Source: a virus
IMG/VR virus record: IMGVR_UViG_3300025093_000011
Location: 1 to 64,000 of that record
DNA: 64,000 nt
Direction: 5' to 3' (one strand)
This document shows, piece by piece, positions 7,783-17,674 of the stretch (positions are counted from its first letter, which is position 1; each line of letters starts with the position of its first letter). The notes under the pieces are model-generated. The model was not told where the DNA came from, did not search any database, and worked only from the letters and a program-made list of their open reading frames with translations. A program made the position numbers and the translations under genes.

Positions 7783-7794
7783 TTTCGTATATTA
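7783..7794 (+). promoter_or_regulatory. Putative late promoter TTTCGTATATTA (lysis cassette)
   Basis: Repeated motif. The extended GTATATTATAATAAGTAT is identical to the copy at 28787. Confidence 0.7.
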
Positions 7795-7828
7795 TAATAA
7801 GTATTATTTATGTATAAAATATTGAAGA

Positions 7829-8122
7829 ATGGAAATTTCAAGTATGCAGGTGGGTTTTGATGCTCTGCTATCAATCCTATCAGCTTTAGTGGGAGCATTA
7901 ACAGTTTGGTTTACACTGAAAAATAAAGTAGCAATACAACAAATGATTTTAGATAACTTAAGTAAAGATGTTGATGTGGTTCATAAAAGAATAGATGACG
8001 TGAAAGATAAGGTTGAAATAAATAGAGAAAAGCAAGAAAAATCTATAGCTGACTTGAGAGATGATATGGCTAAAATGAAGATAGAAATCATTGAAGCTAT
8101 TCATGCAATTAAAACTAAATGA
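7829..8122 (+). CDS. Holin-like protein (one TM plus coiled coil)
   Basis: N-terminal TM helix and a coiled coil. First gene of the lysis cassette. Confidence 0.5.
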   Translation: MEISSMQVGFDALLSILSALVGALTVWFTLKNKVAIQQMILDNLSKDVDVVHKRIDDVKDKVEINREKQEKSIADLRDDMAKMKIEIIEAIHAIKTK

Positions 8123-8574
8123 TAAGAATTTTCTTTATATCCCTACTACTAGCATTAGTTGCTTGTAGTCCAAAAGCTAGATTCACCAGACTGGTAGAAA
8201 AGCATCCCTATTTACTTACTATAGACAGTGTAGAAGTATTAGATACTGTAAGACTTACTGTAGAAAAGGTAGAACATGATACAGTATTCTCTCAACATTT
8301 CTGGACTGAGATTAGAAAAGATACTTTAGTTATAGAAAAAGAAAGACTAAGAATTGAAATATATCATGATACCATACATGATTCTGTATATATTAGTGGT
8401 AAATGCGATACTGTAACTGTAGAAAAAATTATAGAAAGAAAGATACCTGTAAAGTATTATGAAAAAACTCCTAAGTGGAAACAACTTATAAACAAAGGAG
8501 TGTATCTTTCTTTAATATTGTTAATCTTATACGGCATATATAGACTGTGTAAATTTTTAAAAACTAAATTATGA
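8119..8574 (+). CDS. Spanin-like lipoprotein (lipobox plus C-terminal TM)
   Basis: LLLALVA-C lipobox, beta-rich DT repeats and a C-terminal hydrophobic helix. Confidence 0.6.
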   Translation: MIRIFFISLLLALVACSPKARFTRLVEKHPYLLTIDSVEVLDTVRLTVEKVEHDTVFSQHFWTEIRKDTLVIEKERLRIEIYHDTIHDSVYISGKCDTVTVEKIIERKIPVKYYEKTPKWKQLINKGVYLSLILLILYGIYRLCKFLKTKL

Positions 8575-8804
8575 AAACATTTTTTAAAGAATTATTGAGT
8601 GATGAGACAGGTGCTTATTCATCTAAGAGATTGTCTGGATTATTATGTATATTTGCTCTAGTAGCTTGTTTAATTGCTAATACATTTAGTCCTGAAGAGA
8701 TTAGACCAGCTGAATACTTAGTTGATGCTGTGGCTTTATTTGCATTTGGTGCATTAGGTCTTACATCAATGGACAAGTATAGCAAATTAAAAGGTGATAA
8801 ATAA
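8571..8804 (+). CDS. Holin (2 TM)
   Basis: SSKR motif and two TM helices, directly upstream of the endolysin. Confidence 0.65.
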   Translation: MKTFFKELLSDETGAYSSKRLSGLLCIFALVACLIANTFSPEEIRPAEYLVDAVALFAFGALGLTSMDKYSKLKGDK

Positions 8805-9487
8805 TGGAAGCAACAATATGTCCACATTGCGGTAAAGATATTAACCTTGGTTCTGTCCAAGAGTCAAACTATATATGGTTATTTGATAATGGACATGGTG
8901 GAATCATAGATGGTAAATACCAAACATCAGGTAAAAGATCACCTAGATGGGATGATGGCAGCATTCTTTATGAAGGAGAGTTTAATAGAGCTATAGTAAA
9001 TAGATTAGTAAAGCTTTGTAAAGATAATGGTATTGATTATGTCAATCTTGTTGATACTCAAAAGGATGTAAGCTTAGGAGAAAGAGTTAGATCTGCTAAT
9101 AAGATAGCTAAGTCAGCAAAAAAGAAGTGTATATACATCAGTATACATGCTAATGGTTTTGATAAAGAGTCTGCTAATGGATGGTCAGTATATACTACTC
9201 CAGGTACAACTAAATCAGATAAGATTGCTACAACACTGTATGAGAAAGCAGCAGCTGAGTTTCCAGGAGAAAAGATGAGAAGAGATACAAGAGATGGAGA
9301 TCCTGATAAAGAAGCTAACTTTTATGTGATTAAGCATACATCTATGCCAGCAATACTATCAGAAAACTTCTTTATGACTAACTATAGTAACTGTCATAAG
9401 TACTTATTACCTGAAGAAGGTAGAGATAGAATAGCTAAGATACACTTTCAAATGATTCAAGAAATAGAAGAAAAAAATGAAATTTAG
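8804..9487 (+). CDS. Endolysin, N-acetylmuramoyl-L-alanine amidase (Amidase_3)
   Basis: Zn-binding and catalytic motifs DNGHGG, E.EFN, SIHAN and AILSENFFMTN. Confidence 0.9.
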   Translation: MEATICPHCGKDINLGSVQESNYIWLFDNGHGGIIDGKYQTSGKRSPRWDDGSILYEGEFNRAIVNRLVKLCKDNGIDYVNLVDTQKDVSLGERVRSANKIAKSAKKKCIYISIHANGFDKESANGWSVYTTPGTTKSDKIATTLYEKAAAEFPGEKMRRDTRDGDPDKEANFYVIKHTSMPAILSENFFMTNYSNCHKYLLPEEGRDRIAKIHFQMIQEIEEKNEI

Positions 9488-9635
9488 AAATAACTGGAAT
9501 AATCCAAATAAGCAGTGGGATAAAGTAATGATCCGTCTAAGAATATCTTCATTAGATATTTTTAATTTAGAAGTAGATATATCTAGAAAATTTTATCTTA
9601 TTACAATCTTAAATTTTACTTTAAAAAATAGATAG
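9477..9635 (+). CDS. Small hypothetical protein, 52 aa (not in ORF track)
   Basis: Translates as MKFRNNWNNPNKQWDKVMIRLRISSLDIFNLEVDISRKFYLITILNFTLKNR and fills the intergenic gap. Confidence 0.55.
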   Translation: MKFRNNWNNPNKQWDKVMIRLRISSLDIFNLEVDISRKFYLITILNFTLKNR

Positions 9636-9697
9636 AGGTTTAAACTATAAACATTTAAACTTTTTTTGTATATTTGCTTAAATCTAAATATACAATT

Positions 9698-9994
9698 ATG
9701 AACAATCCAAACCAACATGAAGATTTATCTCCAGAAGAATTGGAAGATAAAAAAGAAGAGATGTTAGAGTTCTATGAGAATTCTTTAAGATATCTCAAAG
9801 CTCAATTTGAATATGAAAAAGTATTATCTGACTTAGATGAAGTTAGATTTAAGAGAGCTCAGATTCAAATGCAATATGCAATGATGATGGCTCCCCCTGA
9901 AGAGGAAGAGGAATTACCTCAACAAAGTCCTAAACCAAAACCAGCTGCTAAACCAAAATCAGCTAAAAAAAGAGTACTTAAAACAGAAGCATAA
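9698..9994 (+). CDS. Hypothetical coiled-coil protein
   Basis: The start was moved to ATG 9698, downstream of the TATATTTG promoter. Confidence 0.7.
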   Translation: MNNPNQHEDLSPEELEDKKEEMLEFYENSLRYLKAQFEYEKVLSDLDEVRFKRAQIQMQYAMMMAPPEEEEELPQQSPKPKPAAKPKSAKKRVLKTEA

Positions 9995-10353
9995 TGGCTT
10001 TAGTTAACCAGGTACAAAAGAAGGTTATGATGTCTAAAAAGCACATCATAAAATTCCAGATATTAACTCACTGTTATATAAATGGTATAACGGTGAGTAA
10101 TTCTGATTTAGATTGTTTAACCTTATTAAGTTCACTTGGTCCAATAGAATTAACTCATTTTTGTTATGATGCTGCTGAAGAGCATAAAATTTTTAAATCT
10201 CAGCAAACTGTTAGAAACTGTATAAACAAATGTGAAAAGAATGGACTTGTAAAAAAAGATCTAAAGAATAAGAAGGTTATATCTATAAATGACAATATTA
10301 AAATTCAAACTGAAGGTACTATTTTGTTAGATTATAAATTCTTAGGAAAATGA
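9994..10353 (+). CDS. Winged-helix DNA-binding protein
   Basis: S.QTVRNCINKCEKNGLV followed by a beta wing. Confidence 0.6.
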   Translation: MALVNQVQKKVMMSKKHIIKFQILTHCYINGITVSNSDLDCLTLLSSLGPIELTHFCYDAAEEHKIFKSQQTVRNCINKCEKNGLVKKDLKNKKVISINDNIKIQTEGTILLDYKFLGK

Positions 10354-10739
10354 ATCCCAAAAAATGTAATTTAATTTATACTGAGGTTTCCGAAGATTTA
10401 GATATTTCAAAAAATTTAGTAGAAAATTTAGTAGAGTTTTATTATAAAAATGTTAGAACGTTGTTAAGTGATTTATATCATCCTAGAATTAATATAACAG
10501 GTCTAGGTGTATTTAAAGCTAAAGGGTATGTAGTAGAAAAATCAATACCTAGATTAAAAAAATATTTAGTAAATCATGACACTTCTACATTTGCAGCATA
10601 CTATAATAAAAAAATGTTAGAAGAAAAGATATCAATGCTAGAAAGCTTAGATGTACAAATTAAAAAAGAAAAAGAAAGAAAAGAAGAATTTTTAAAAAAT
10701 AAAAACAATGCTAAGTCTAAAGAAAATTTGGGAGAATAG
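10350..10739 (+). CDS. HU/IHF-like DNA-binding protein
   Basis: EVSEDLDISKNLVENLV...RINITGLGVF. Conserved upstream of TerL in crAss-like phages. Confidence 0.65.
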   Translation: MNPKKCNLIYTEVSEDLDISKNLVENLVEFYYKNVRTLLSDLYHPRINITGLGVFKAKGYVVEKSIPRLKKYLVNHDTSTFAAYYNKKMLEEKISMLESLDVQIKKEKERKEEFLKNKNNAKSKENLGE

Positions 10740-11007
10740 AAAACAAATTTATGAAGGTATTAAGAACTCAGTAATGAGAGATGAGTTTGTAGAAGAAGTG
10801 GCTGCTAAAAGAATGAATATTTGTACAGAGTGTGTTGAAATAGATCTTAAAGGATCTAAGTGTGAAATGCCGGGTACACAACCTTGTTGTGGAAACTGCG
10901 GTTGTTCTTTAGCTTTTAAGACAAGATCATTATCTTCAAATTGTCCTATAGGAGAATGGCCTGCATTAATGACATTAGAAGAAGAAGATAAATTAGGAGA
11001 ATTATGA
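10708..11007 (+). CDS. Cys-rich, probably zinc-binding protein
   Basis: CTEC...CCGNCGC...K......CPIGEW. Confidence 0.6.
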   Translation: MLSLKKIWENRKQIYEGIKNSVMRDEFVEEVAAKRMNICTECVEIDLKGSKCEMPGTQPCCGNCGCSLAFKTRSLSSNCPIGEWPALMTLEEEDKLGEL

Positions 11008-11837
11008 GTATTATATTTAAGGAATCAGATCATAGCTATGTAAGTTCTAATGAAGATAATATACATTGGATTAGTGTAACTACATTAACATCTCATTTTA
11101 AAGAACCTTTTGATGCCGCAAAGGTTGCTAAGAAAGTAGCTAAAAGAAAAAACTCTAAATGGTATGGAATGAAACCAAAAGAGATTGAAGCTGTTTGGAA
11201 AAAAGAATCTGAAAGAGCAATGAAGCTCGGAACATTTTATCATAACCAAAGAGAGGATGACTTATGCTCATTAGCTTCAATTGAAAGAGATGGAACAACT
11301 GTTCCAGTTTTTGCTCCAATTGTTAAAGAAAATGGTTTAAAATATGCACCTAGTCAAAAGCTTGATCCTGGTGTATATCCTGAACATATGGTGTATTTAA
11401 AATCTGCAGGCATATGTGGACAATCTGATTTAGTTGAAGTAGTTAATGGAAAAGTTACAGTTATTGACTATAAAACAAATAAAGAAATTAAAATGAATTC
11501 TTATAAAGATTGGGAAGGTATTTCTCAAAAAATGCAGTTTCCTTTATCTCATATAGAAGATTGTAATTTTAATCATTATGCCTTACAACTCAGTATTTAT
11601 ATGTATATTATAATAAAACATAATCCTAAATTAAGACCTGGTAATATGTTTATACATCATGTTCAGTTTGAAGAAGAAGGTAAAGATGAGTATGGTTATC
11701 CTATTCATAAATATACACCGGAAGGTGATCCTGTTTTAAAAGAACTAGTTCAAATTCCAGTTCCTTATTTAAAGGATGAGGTGATATCTTTAATACACTA
11801 TTTACATGATAATAGAAATAAAATAAAAAAGAAATGA
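11004..11837 (+). CDS. PD-(D/E)xK family exonuclease
   Basis: SVTT, GTFYH, GQSDLV, IDYKTNK and Y.LQLSIY. Confidence 0.85.
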   Translation: MSIIFKESDHSYVSSNEDNIHWISVTTLTSHFKEPFDAAKVAKKVAKRKNSKWYGMKPKEIEAVWKKESERAMKLGTFYHNQREDDLCSLASIERDGTTVPVFAPIVKENGLKYAPSQKLDPGVYPEHMVYLKSAGICGQSDLVEVVNGKVTVIDYKTNKEIKMNSYKDWEGISQKMQFPLSHIEDCNFNHYALQLSIYMYIIIKHNPKLRPGNMFIHHVQFEEEGKDEYGYPIHKYTPEGDPVLKELVQIPVPYLKDEVISLIHYLHDNRNKIKKK

Positions 11838-12349
11838 TAGCTAAACTCTTTGACATAGAAAACGGAACAGTAATTCCTACAGAACACTGTTATACTTTAA
11901 AATCTTTAAAACATATTATGGATACTTATCCTGATGATTATTTAAAGATATACCAATATTTATTTTACATGACTTGTCCTAATCCTGATATGAACCCTTT
12001 CTTTCATACACCAGAGCATGAAAAAGAAGAAATAATATTAGCAGAAGTAGATGCAGAGTTTTCTACAGAAGATGATGATATACATAATGCATTAAAGTTT
12101 TGTCAAAAAATGTATGAGACTCCAACATCTAGAGCATATAAAGGTATTGCAGCTATGTTAGATAGATTAGGTAGATATATGCAAACTACACCAATTGAAC
12201 ATGGTAGAGATGGTAACATAAACTCACTAGTTAATGCTGCAGCTAAATACCAACAAATTAGAGAGTCTTTTAAAGGTGCCTATAAAGATCTTCAGGATGA
12301 ACAGCAGAGTAGTGTTAGAGGAGGTATTGGTTTAGGATATGATCAATAA
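11834..12349 (+). CDS. Conserved crAss-like protein upstream of TerL (candidate small terminase)
   Basis: Helical protein overlapping the TerL start. The call rests on synteny. Confidence 0.5.
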   Translation: MIAKLFDIENGTVIPTEHCYTLKSLKHIMDTYPDDYLKIYQYLFYMTCPNPDMNPFFHTPEHEKEEIILAEVDAEFSTEDDDIHNALKFCQKMYETPTSRAYKGIAAMLDRLGRYMQTTPIEHGRDGNINSLVNAAAKYQQIRESFKGAYKDLQDEQQSSVRGGIGLGYDQ

Positions 12350-14555
12350 AACAGAAATATATCAAGATATACCAACGTGGAATAATGGAACTTGGGAAAC
12401 TACAGATTTTGAATCTAGAGAAGAGTTTGCCACATTTGTAAGAGATATATTTAAAGAACCTGGTCAATATGAATTTGATGAAACTAGTAAAGAATTTAAT
12501 AAGCAAGCAACAAAATTTACTGAAACAAATGTTTATTGTGTAGCTCCATTTAAATCTAGAGATTTTATAGCATACTGGGAAGGTGAGAAAAAGAAATGTA
12601 GAAAAGGAGTAATATTTAAATCAGGAGATAAAACTTGGTATATAGCCAGAGACTACTATATGTGGCTAAACTTCCTACCAATATTTAATAAAGAAATACA
12701 GCAGTTTGGTTTTGCAGATATTAGAGATGCTCAATATCATATGGCACTATATGAAATGCTAGCAGAACTAAACTATAAACATGTAGCTATTCTAAAGAAA
12801 AGACAGATAGCCTCATCATACTATCATATGGCAAAGCTCATTAATCAGCAATGGTTTGAAGCCGGGGTAACTCTAAAGATAGGAGCAAGTCTTAAAGATT
12901 ATATAAATGAAAAAGGATCTTGGAAGTTCCTAGATGAATATGCTGCATTCTTAAATGAACATACTGCATGGTATAGACCAATGAACCCTAGTAAGGTAAT
13001 GATGTGGCAGCAAAAGATTGAAGTTAGGAAAGGTAACAGAAAAACTGAAGTAGGTCTTAAAGGAACTATACAAGGTATGTCATTTGAGAAAGATCCTACA
13101 AATGGAGTAGGAGGTCCAGTTAAATACTTTTTTCATGAGGAGGCTGGTATTGCACCTAAGATGGACAAGACATATGAGTATATGAGACCAGCAATGAGAT
13201 CAGGACTTACTACTACAGGACTATTTATTGCTGCAGGATCAGTAGGAGATTTATCACAGTGTAATCCTTTAAAGGATATGATACTTAATCCAACTTCAAA
13301 AGATGTCTATGCTGTAGAAACTAATTTGATTGATCATAAGGGTACTGAAGGTATGTCAGGTTTATTCATTCCTGAACAATGGTCAATGCCTCCGCACATA
13401 GACCAGTATGGTAATTCTAAAGTAAAAGAAGCTACTGAAGCTTTACAAAAACAATTTGATGACTGGAAAAGAGAACTGGCTCCAGAAGATTACCAGTTAA
13501 GAATATCTCAGCATCCAAGAAATATAAAAGAAGCTTTTGATAATAGATCTGTTTCTGTATTTCCTACACATCTTCTTTCTGCACAAGCTAGAAGAATAGA
13601 AGAAAAAGAATATGGTTATGAGTTTCTAGATATATCTACAGATGCTAATGGTAAACCTACAGTAAAGAAAAGTAATAAACAACCAATAAAGCAGTTTCCT
13701 ATAAATAAAAAGACAGAAGACAAAACAGGGTGTTTAGTAGTATGGGAAAGACCTAATAAAGAAAAACCAGACTTTGGAACTTATTATGCTTCTATTGACC
13801 CTGTATCAGAAGGTAAGACTACAACATCAGACTCTCTCTGTTCTATTTATGTAATGAAGGCTTCTGTAGAAGTAACTAAAGTTACTGGAGTTGAAACAGA
13901 AACGTATGTTGAACAAAGTAAAATTGTAGCTGCCTGGTGTGGAAGATTTGATGATATAAAACAAACACATCAAAGACTAGAGCTTATAATAGAATGGTAT
14001 AATGCCTGGACAGTAATAGAGAATAACATTTCTTTATTTATCCAGTATATGATATCTAGAAAAAAACAAAAATATTTAGTACCTAAGAGTCAAATCATGT
14101 TCTTAAAAGATCTTGCTGCAAATAAGAATGTTTATCAAGAATATGGTTGGAAGAATACAGGAACATTATTCAAGGCACATTTGTTATCATATGCAATTGA
14201 GTTTGTAAGAGAAGAGCTTGATCAAGAAACAAAAGAAGATGGTACTGTTGTTAAAACCACTTATGGAATAGAAAGAATTCCAGATCCTATGCTGATAAAA
14301 GAAATGCAAGAATATGCAGATGGAGTTAACGTGGATAGATTAGTATCTTTTGCAGCACTTGTATCTTTTATGAAAATACAAGAATCTAATAGAGGTTACA
14401 CTAAGCAAGTTATTAGAGATGATGTAGCTAAAAAGTTGCAAAAGTCAGAAAATTTGTTTAAATTAAATAAGAGTCCGTTCAGACATTTGGGCACTAAAAG
14501 AAGAAAAAATAAAGGAAAAGGTTTTAAAAGATCTGCTTTCAGAAATATTAAATAA
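12339..14555 (+). CDS. terL: Terminase large subunit
   Basis: Walker A-like KKRQIASSY, Walker B FFHEEAG, nuclease ASIDPV and C-terminal NVDRLV. Confidence 0.92.
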   Translation: MINKTEIYQDIPTWNNGTWETTDFESREEFATFVRDIFKEPGQYEFDETSKEFNKQATKFTETNVYCVAPFKSRDFIAYWEGEKKKCRKGVIFKSGDKTWYIARDYYMWLNFLPIFNKEIQQFGFADIRDAQYHMALYEMLAELNYKHVAILKKRQIASSYYHMAKLINQQWFEAGVTLKIGASLKDYINEKGSWKFLDEYAAFLNEHTAWYRPMNPSKVMMWQQKIEVRKGNRKTEVGLKGTIQGMSFEKDPTNGVGGPVKYFFHEEAGIAPKMDKTYEYMRPAMRSGLTTTGLFIAAGSVGDLSQCNPLKDMILNPTSKDVYAVETNLIDHKGTEGMSGLFIPEQWSMPPHIDQYGNSKVKEATEALQKQFDDWKRELAPEDYQLRISQHPRNIKEAFDNRSVSVFPTHLLSAQARRIEEKEYGYEFLDISTDANGKPTVKKSNKQPIKQFPINKKTEDKTGCLVVWERPNKEKPDFGTYYASIDPVSEGKTTTSDSLCSIYVMKASVEVTKVTGVETETYVEQSKIVAAWCGRFDDIKQTHQRLELIIEWYNAWTVIENNISLFIQYMISRKKQKYLVPKSQIMFLKDLAANKNVYQEYGWKNTGTLFKAHLLSYAIEFVREELDQETKEDGTVVKTTYGIERIPDPMLIKEMQEYADGVNVDRLVSFAALVSFMKIQESNRGYTKQVIRDDVAKKLQKSENLFKLNKSPFRHLGTKRRKNKGKGFKRSAFRNIK

Positions 14556-14560
14556 TAACT

Positions 14561-17305
14561 ATGCAAGTATTTAACGCACTTCAGTTAAAAAATGGAGCTA
14601 AGGTAGAACAGAATAGATTAGGTACAATAACACAACCTTTACAGTTTTTGCCTAAAAAGAAAAAAGATGCTGAATGGGCAGCATGGAATATAGATTGGTT
14701 AGAGTGGAATGGTCTAAAACAACTTCAAAGAACTTCAAGAAAATTATTAAAGAATTACAAGCTTGCAAAGGGTCATATAGATAGAACAGATTATGTTGTA
14801 GAAGAAGATAATGAAAGTAGGGATCTTGTAGAACTTCTTACTCAAGATGAAGATGCTGCATTAGAATTAAAGTTTTATCCAATTATTCCAAATGTTATTA
14901 ATGTTCTAGTAGCTGAATTTGCAAAAAGAACTACTAAACTAACATATAGAGCTGTTGATGAATTTTCATATAATGAAATGCTTGAACAAAAAAGATTAGC
15001 TGTAGAACAAGTTCTTGTTAAACAAGCTAAAACTAAAGTTGAAGCAGCTATGATTGAACAAGGTTTAGATGTAAACTCTGATGAAGCTAGACAACAAACC
15101 AGTACAGAAAATTTAAAAACTTTACCTGAAATAGAAATGTACTTTAAAAAGAGTTACAGATCTATGATAGAAGAATGGGCAACACATCAGCATAAAGTTG
15201 ATGTTGAAAAATTTAGACTTGAAGAACTTGAAGAAAGAGCTTTCCGTGATATGCTTATTACAGACAGAGAGTTTTGGCATATGAAAATGATGGAAGATGA
15301 TTATGAGGTAGAGTTATGGAATCCAGTTCTTACATTTTACCATAAATCTCCTGATGCAAGATATATATCTGATTGTAACTGGGTAGGTAAAACAGATATG
15401 CTTACACCATCTGATGTTATTGATAAGTATGGTTATTTAATGTCAGAAGATCAATTAGAAGCATTAGAAGCTATTTATCCTATAAGAGCAGCAGGATATA
15501 ATATTGGAGGTTATCAAAATGATGGAACTTTTTATGATCCAACTCAAAGTCATGAATGGAATACTCAAATGCCATCATTAGCAATGAGACAATATACTAC
15601 TGCAATGTCAGGAAGTGTATTTGATGGTAATGATGTAGTAAATGAAATTCTTGGACAAGGTGAAGATTTTTCAGATGATGGTCCAGCTTATTTATTAAGA
15701 GTAACAACAACTTATTGGAAATCTCAAAGAAAATTAGGACATCTTACTAAGATATCAGAAACTGGTGAAGTTATAAATGAAATAATTACTGAGCAATATA
15801 AAGTTACTGATAAACCTATTTATGATACTAGACTCTTCAAAAATAAAAATAAAGATAATTTAGTTTTTGGAGAGCATATAGAATGGATATGGATTAATGA
15901 AGTATGGGGTGGTATTAAAATAGGACCAAATATTCCTAGTTACTGGGGTATGAATAATCCTTCTGGTTTATCTCCAATATATATTGGTATAGATAGAAAA
16001 ACTCCAGGACCTCTTAAGTTTCAATTTAAAGGTGATAATAATCTTTATGGTTGTAAACTTCCTGTAGAGGGTGCTGTATTCTCAGATAGAAATACTAAGT
16101 CTACTGCTTTAGTTGATTTAATGAAACCATTTCAAATTGGTTATAACATTGTTAATAATCAAATGGCTGATATATTAGTTGATGAACTTGGTACTGTAAT
16201 AATGTTAGATCAAAATACTCTTCCTAAACATTCATTAGGAGAAGATTGGGGTAAAGGTAATTTAGCTAAAGCTTATGTAGCTATGAAAGATTTCCAGATG
16301 CTTCCTCTTGATACATCTATTACAAATACAGAGAATGCATTAAACTTCCAACATTTCCAAAAACTTGATTTAGATCAGACTAATAGACTTATGTCTAGAA
16401 TCCAGTTATCTAATTATTTTAAACAACAAGCATATGAAGTGATAGGTGTTAATCCACAAAGAATGGGTCAGCAGATATCTCAACAAACTGCTACAGGTGT
16501 AGAGCAAGCTGTTAATGCATCATATGCTCAAACAGAAACTTACTTTATACAACACTGTGATTACTTGATGCCAAGAGTTCATCAGATGAGAACAGACTTA
16601 GCTCAATTCTATAATTCAACTAAACCATCTGCTAGACTAACATATATTACATCTGCAGATGAAAAAGTTAATTTTGAAATAAATGGTACAGACCTTTTAA
16701 TGAGAGATCTTAACATCTTTACATCAACTACTGCAAATCATAGAGCTATTCTTGAACAATTAAAACAAATGGCAATGACTAATAATACTACAGGAGCTAG
16801 TATATATGATCTTGGTAAAATTGTTCAATCAGATTCTATTGCTGAACTAAATGCTGCAATGAAAGATTCTGAACAAAAACAACAACAGCAGAAACAACAA
16901 GAGATGCAGCAACAGCAGCAAATGCAAGAACAGCAAATTCAAGCTCAACAACAACAAGAGCAAATGAGAATGACTGCAGAAGCTGCAGAAAAAGAAAAAG
17001 ACAGACAAAAAGATATTCTTATTGCTGAAATTAAATCTGCTGGTTATGGATCAATGGTAGATATTAATAAGAATGAGCAAAGTGATTATAAAGATGCTAT
17101 GGATGACATTAGAAAGACTCAGCAGTATCAAGCACAAACTTCAATGCAAAGAGAAAAGCAAGCTAATGATATGACTAAGCATAATCAAAAAATGTCTATT
17201 GAAGAGCAGAAGATTCAAGCTCAAATGGCAATTGCTGATAAACAACTTCAAATTGCTAGAGAGAATAAGAATAAATATGATGTTAAAAAACCTAAGAAGA
17301 GTTAA
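14561..17305 (+). CDS. Portal protein (crAss-like)
   Basis: 914 aa, directly after TerL. Contains FYPIIPNVINVL, G..PQR.G....QTATGVEQAV and a Gln-rich C-terminal coiled barrel. Confidence 0.9.
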   Translation: MQVFNALQLKNGAKVEQNRLGTITQPLQFLPKKKKDAEWAAWNIDWLEWNGLKQLQRTSRKLLKNYKLAKGHIDRTDYVVEEDNESRDLVELLTQDEDAALELKFYPIIPNVINVLVAEFAKRTTKLTYRAVDEFSYNEMLEQKRLAVEQVLVKQAKTKVEAAMIEQGLDVNSDEARQQTSTENLKTLPEIEMYFKKSYRSMIEEWATHQHKVDVEKFRLEELEERAFRDMLITDREFWHMKMMEDDYEVELWNPVLTFYHKSPDARYISDCNWVGKTDMLTPSDVIDKYGYLMSEDQLEALEAIYPIRAAGYNIGGYQNDGTFYDPTQSHEWNTQMPSLAMRQYTTAMSGSVFDGNDVVNEILGQGEDFSDDGPAYLLRVTTTYWKSQRKLGHLTKISETGEVINEIITEQYKVTDKPIYDTRLFKNKNKDNLVFGEHIEWIWINEVWGGIKIGPNIPSYWGMNNPSGLSPIYIGIDRKTPGPLKFQFKGDNNLYGCKLPVEGAVFSDRNTKSTALVDLMKPFQIGYNIVNNQMADILVDELGTVIMLDQNTLPKHSLGEDWGKGNLAKAYVAMKDFQMLPLDTSITNTENALNFQHFQKLDLDQTNRLMSRIQLSNYFKQQAYEVIGVNPQRMGQQISQQTATGVEQAVNASYAQTETYFIQHCDYLMPRVHQMRTDLAQFYNSTKPSARLTYITSADEKVNFEINGTDLLMRDLNIFTSTTANHRAILEQLKQMAMTNNTTGASIYDLGKIVQSDSIAELNAAMKDSEQKQQQQKQQEMQQQQQMQEQQIQAQQQQEQMRMTAEAAEKEKDRQKDILIAEIKSAGYGSMVDINKNEQSDYKDAMDDIRKTQQYQAQTSMQREKQANDMTKHNQKMSIEEQKIQAQMAIADKQLQIARENKNKYDVKKPKKS

Positions 17306-17577
17306 TGGAATTTTTTGATATACTTACACAGTACGGAGTTCTTGGTGTTTGGGTAGTATATGCTATTACTAGAGAAAGGTGGCTGCTTAGAAAGATTGAA
17401 GAAATATCTGCTAGATCAACTAAAGAAAGAGAAGTATGGCATAAAGAACGTGAGCAGTTTATGAATCAGTGTCATATGGAAAGAGAAAACTTTATAAAAG
17501 AGATTGCTTTAGTAAGATCGGAAGAAAGAAATTTTTATATAAAACAACTTGAAAAATTAACCAAAAAAATTAGTTAG
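17305..17577 (+). CDS. Small membrane protein (holin-like N-terminal TM plus coiled coil)
   Basis: ILTQYGVLGVWVVYAI followed by a charged coiled coil. Confidence 0.55.
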   Translation: MEFFDILTQYGVLGVWVVYAITRERWLLRKIEEISARSTKEREVWHKEREQFMNQCHMERENFIKEIALVRSEERNFYIKQLEKLTKKIS

Positions 17578-17619
17578 CTATATAATGTAAAATTTTAATT
17601 AATTTTTTTTTAATAATTT

Positions 17620-17636
17620 TAAATCTTTAAGATTTA
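17620..17636. promoter_or_regulatory. Palindromic operator-like site TAAATCTT-T-AAGATTTA
   Basis: Perfect 8-1-8 inverted repeat abutting a late promoter. Related sites at 50692, 58196 and 9641. Confidence 0.55.
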
Positions 17637-17637
17637 T

Positions 17638-17649
17638 TTTAGTATATTA
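17638..17649 (+). promoter_or_regulatory. Putative late promoter TTTAGTATATTA (scaffold-MCP operon)
   Basis: Repeated motif. Confidence 0.7.
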
Positions 17650-17674
17650 AAGTATAACCAACAAAAAACAAAAA

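Noticed and set aside
11603-11616. GTATATTATAATAA inside the nuclease gene as a tenth late promoter
   Set aside because: It lacks the TTTN prefix and lies in a coding stretch (YMYIIIK). Possible but unsupported.
11004-11837. Cas4 / CRISPR adaptation gene
   Set aside because: Generic PD-(D/E)xK nuclease without the four-Cys Fe-S motif, and no array nearby.
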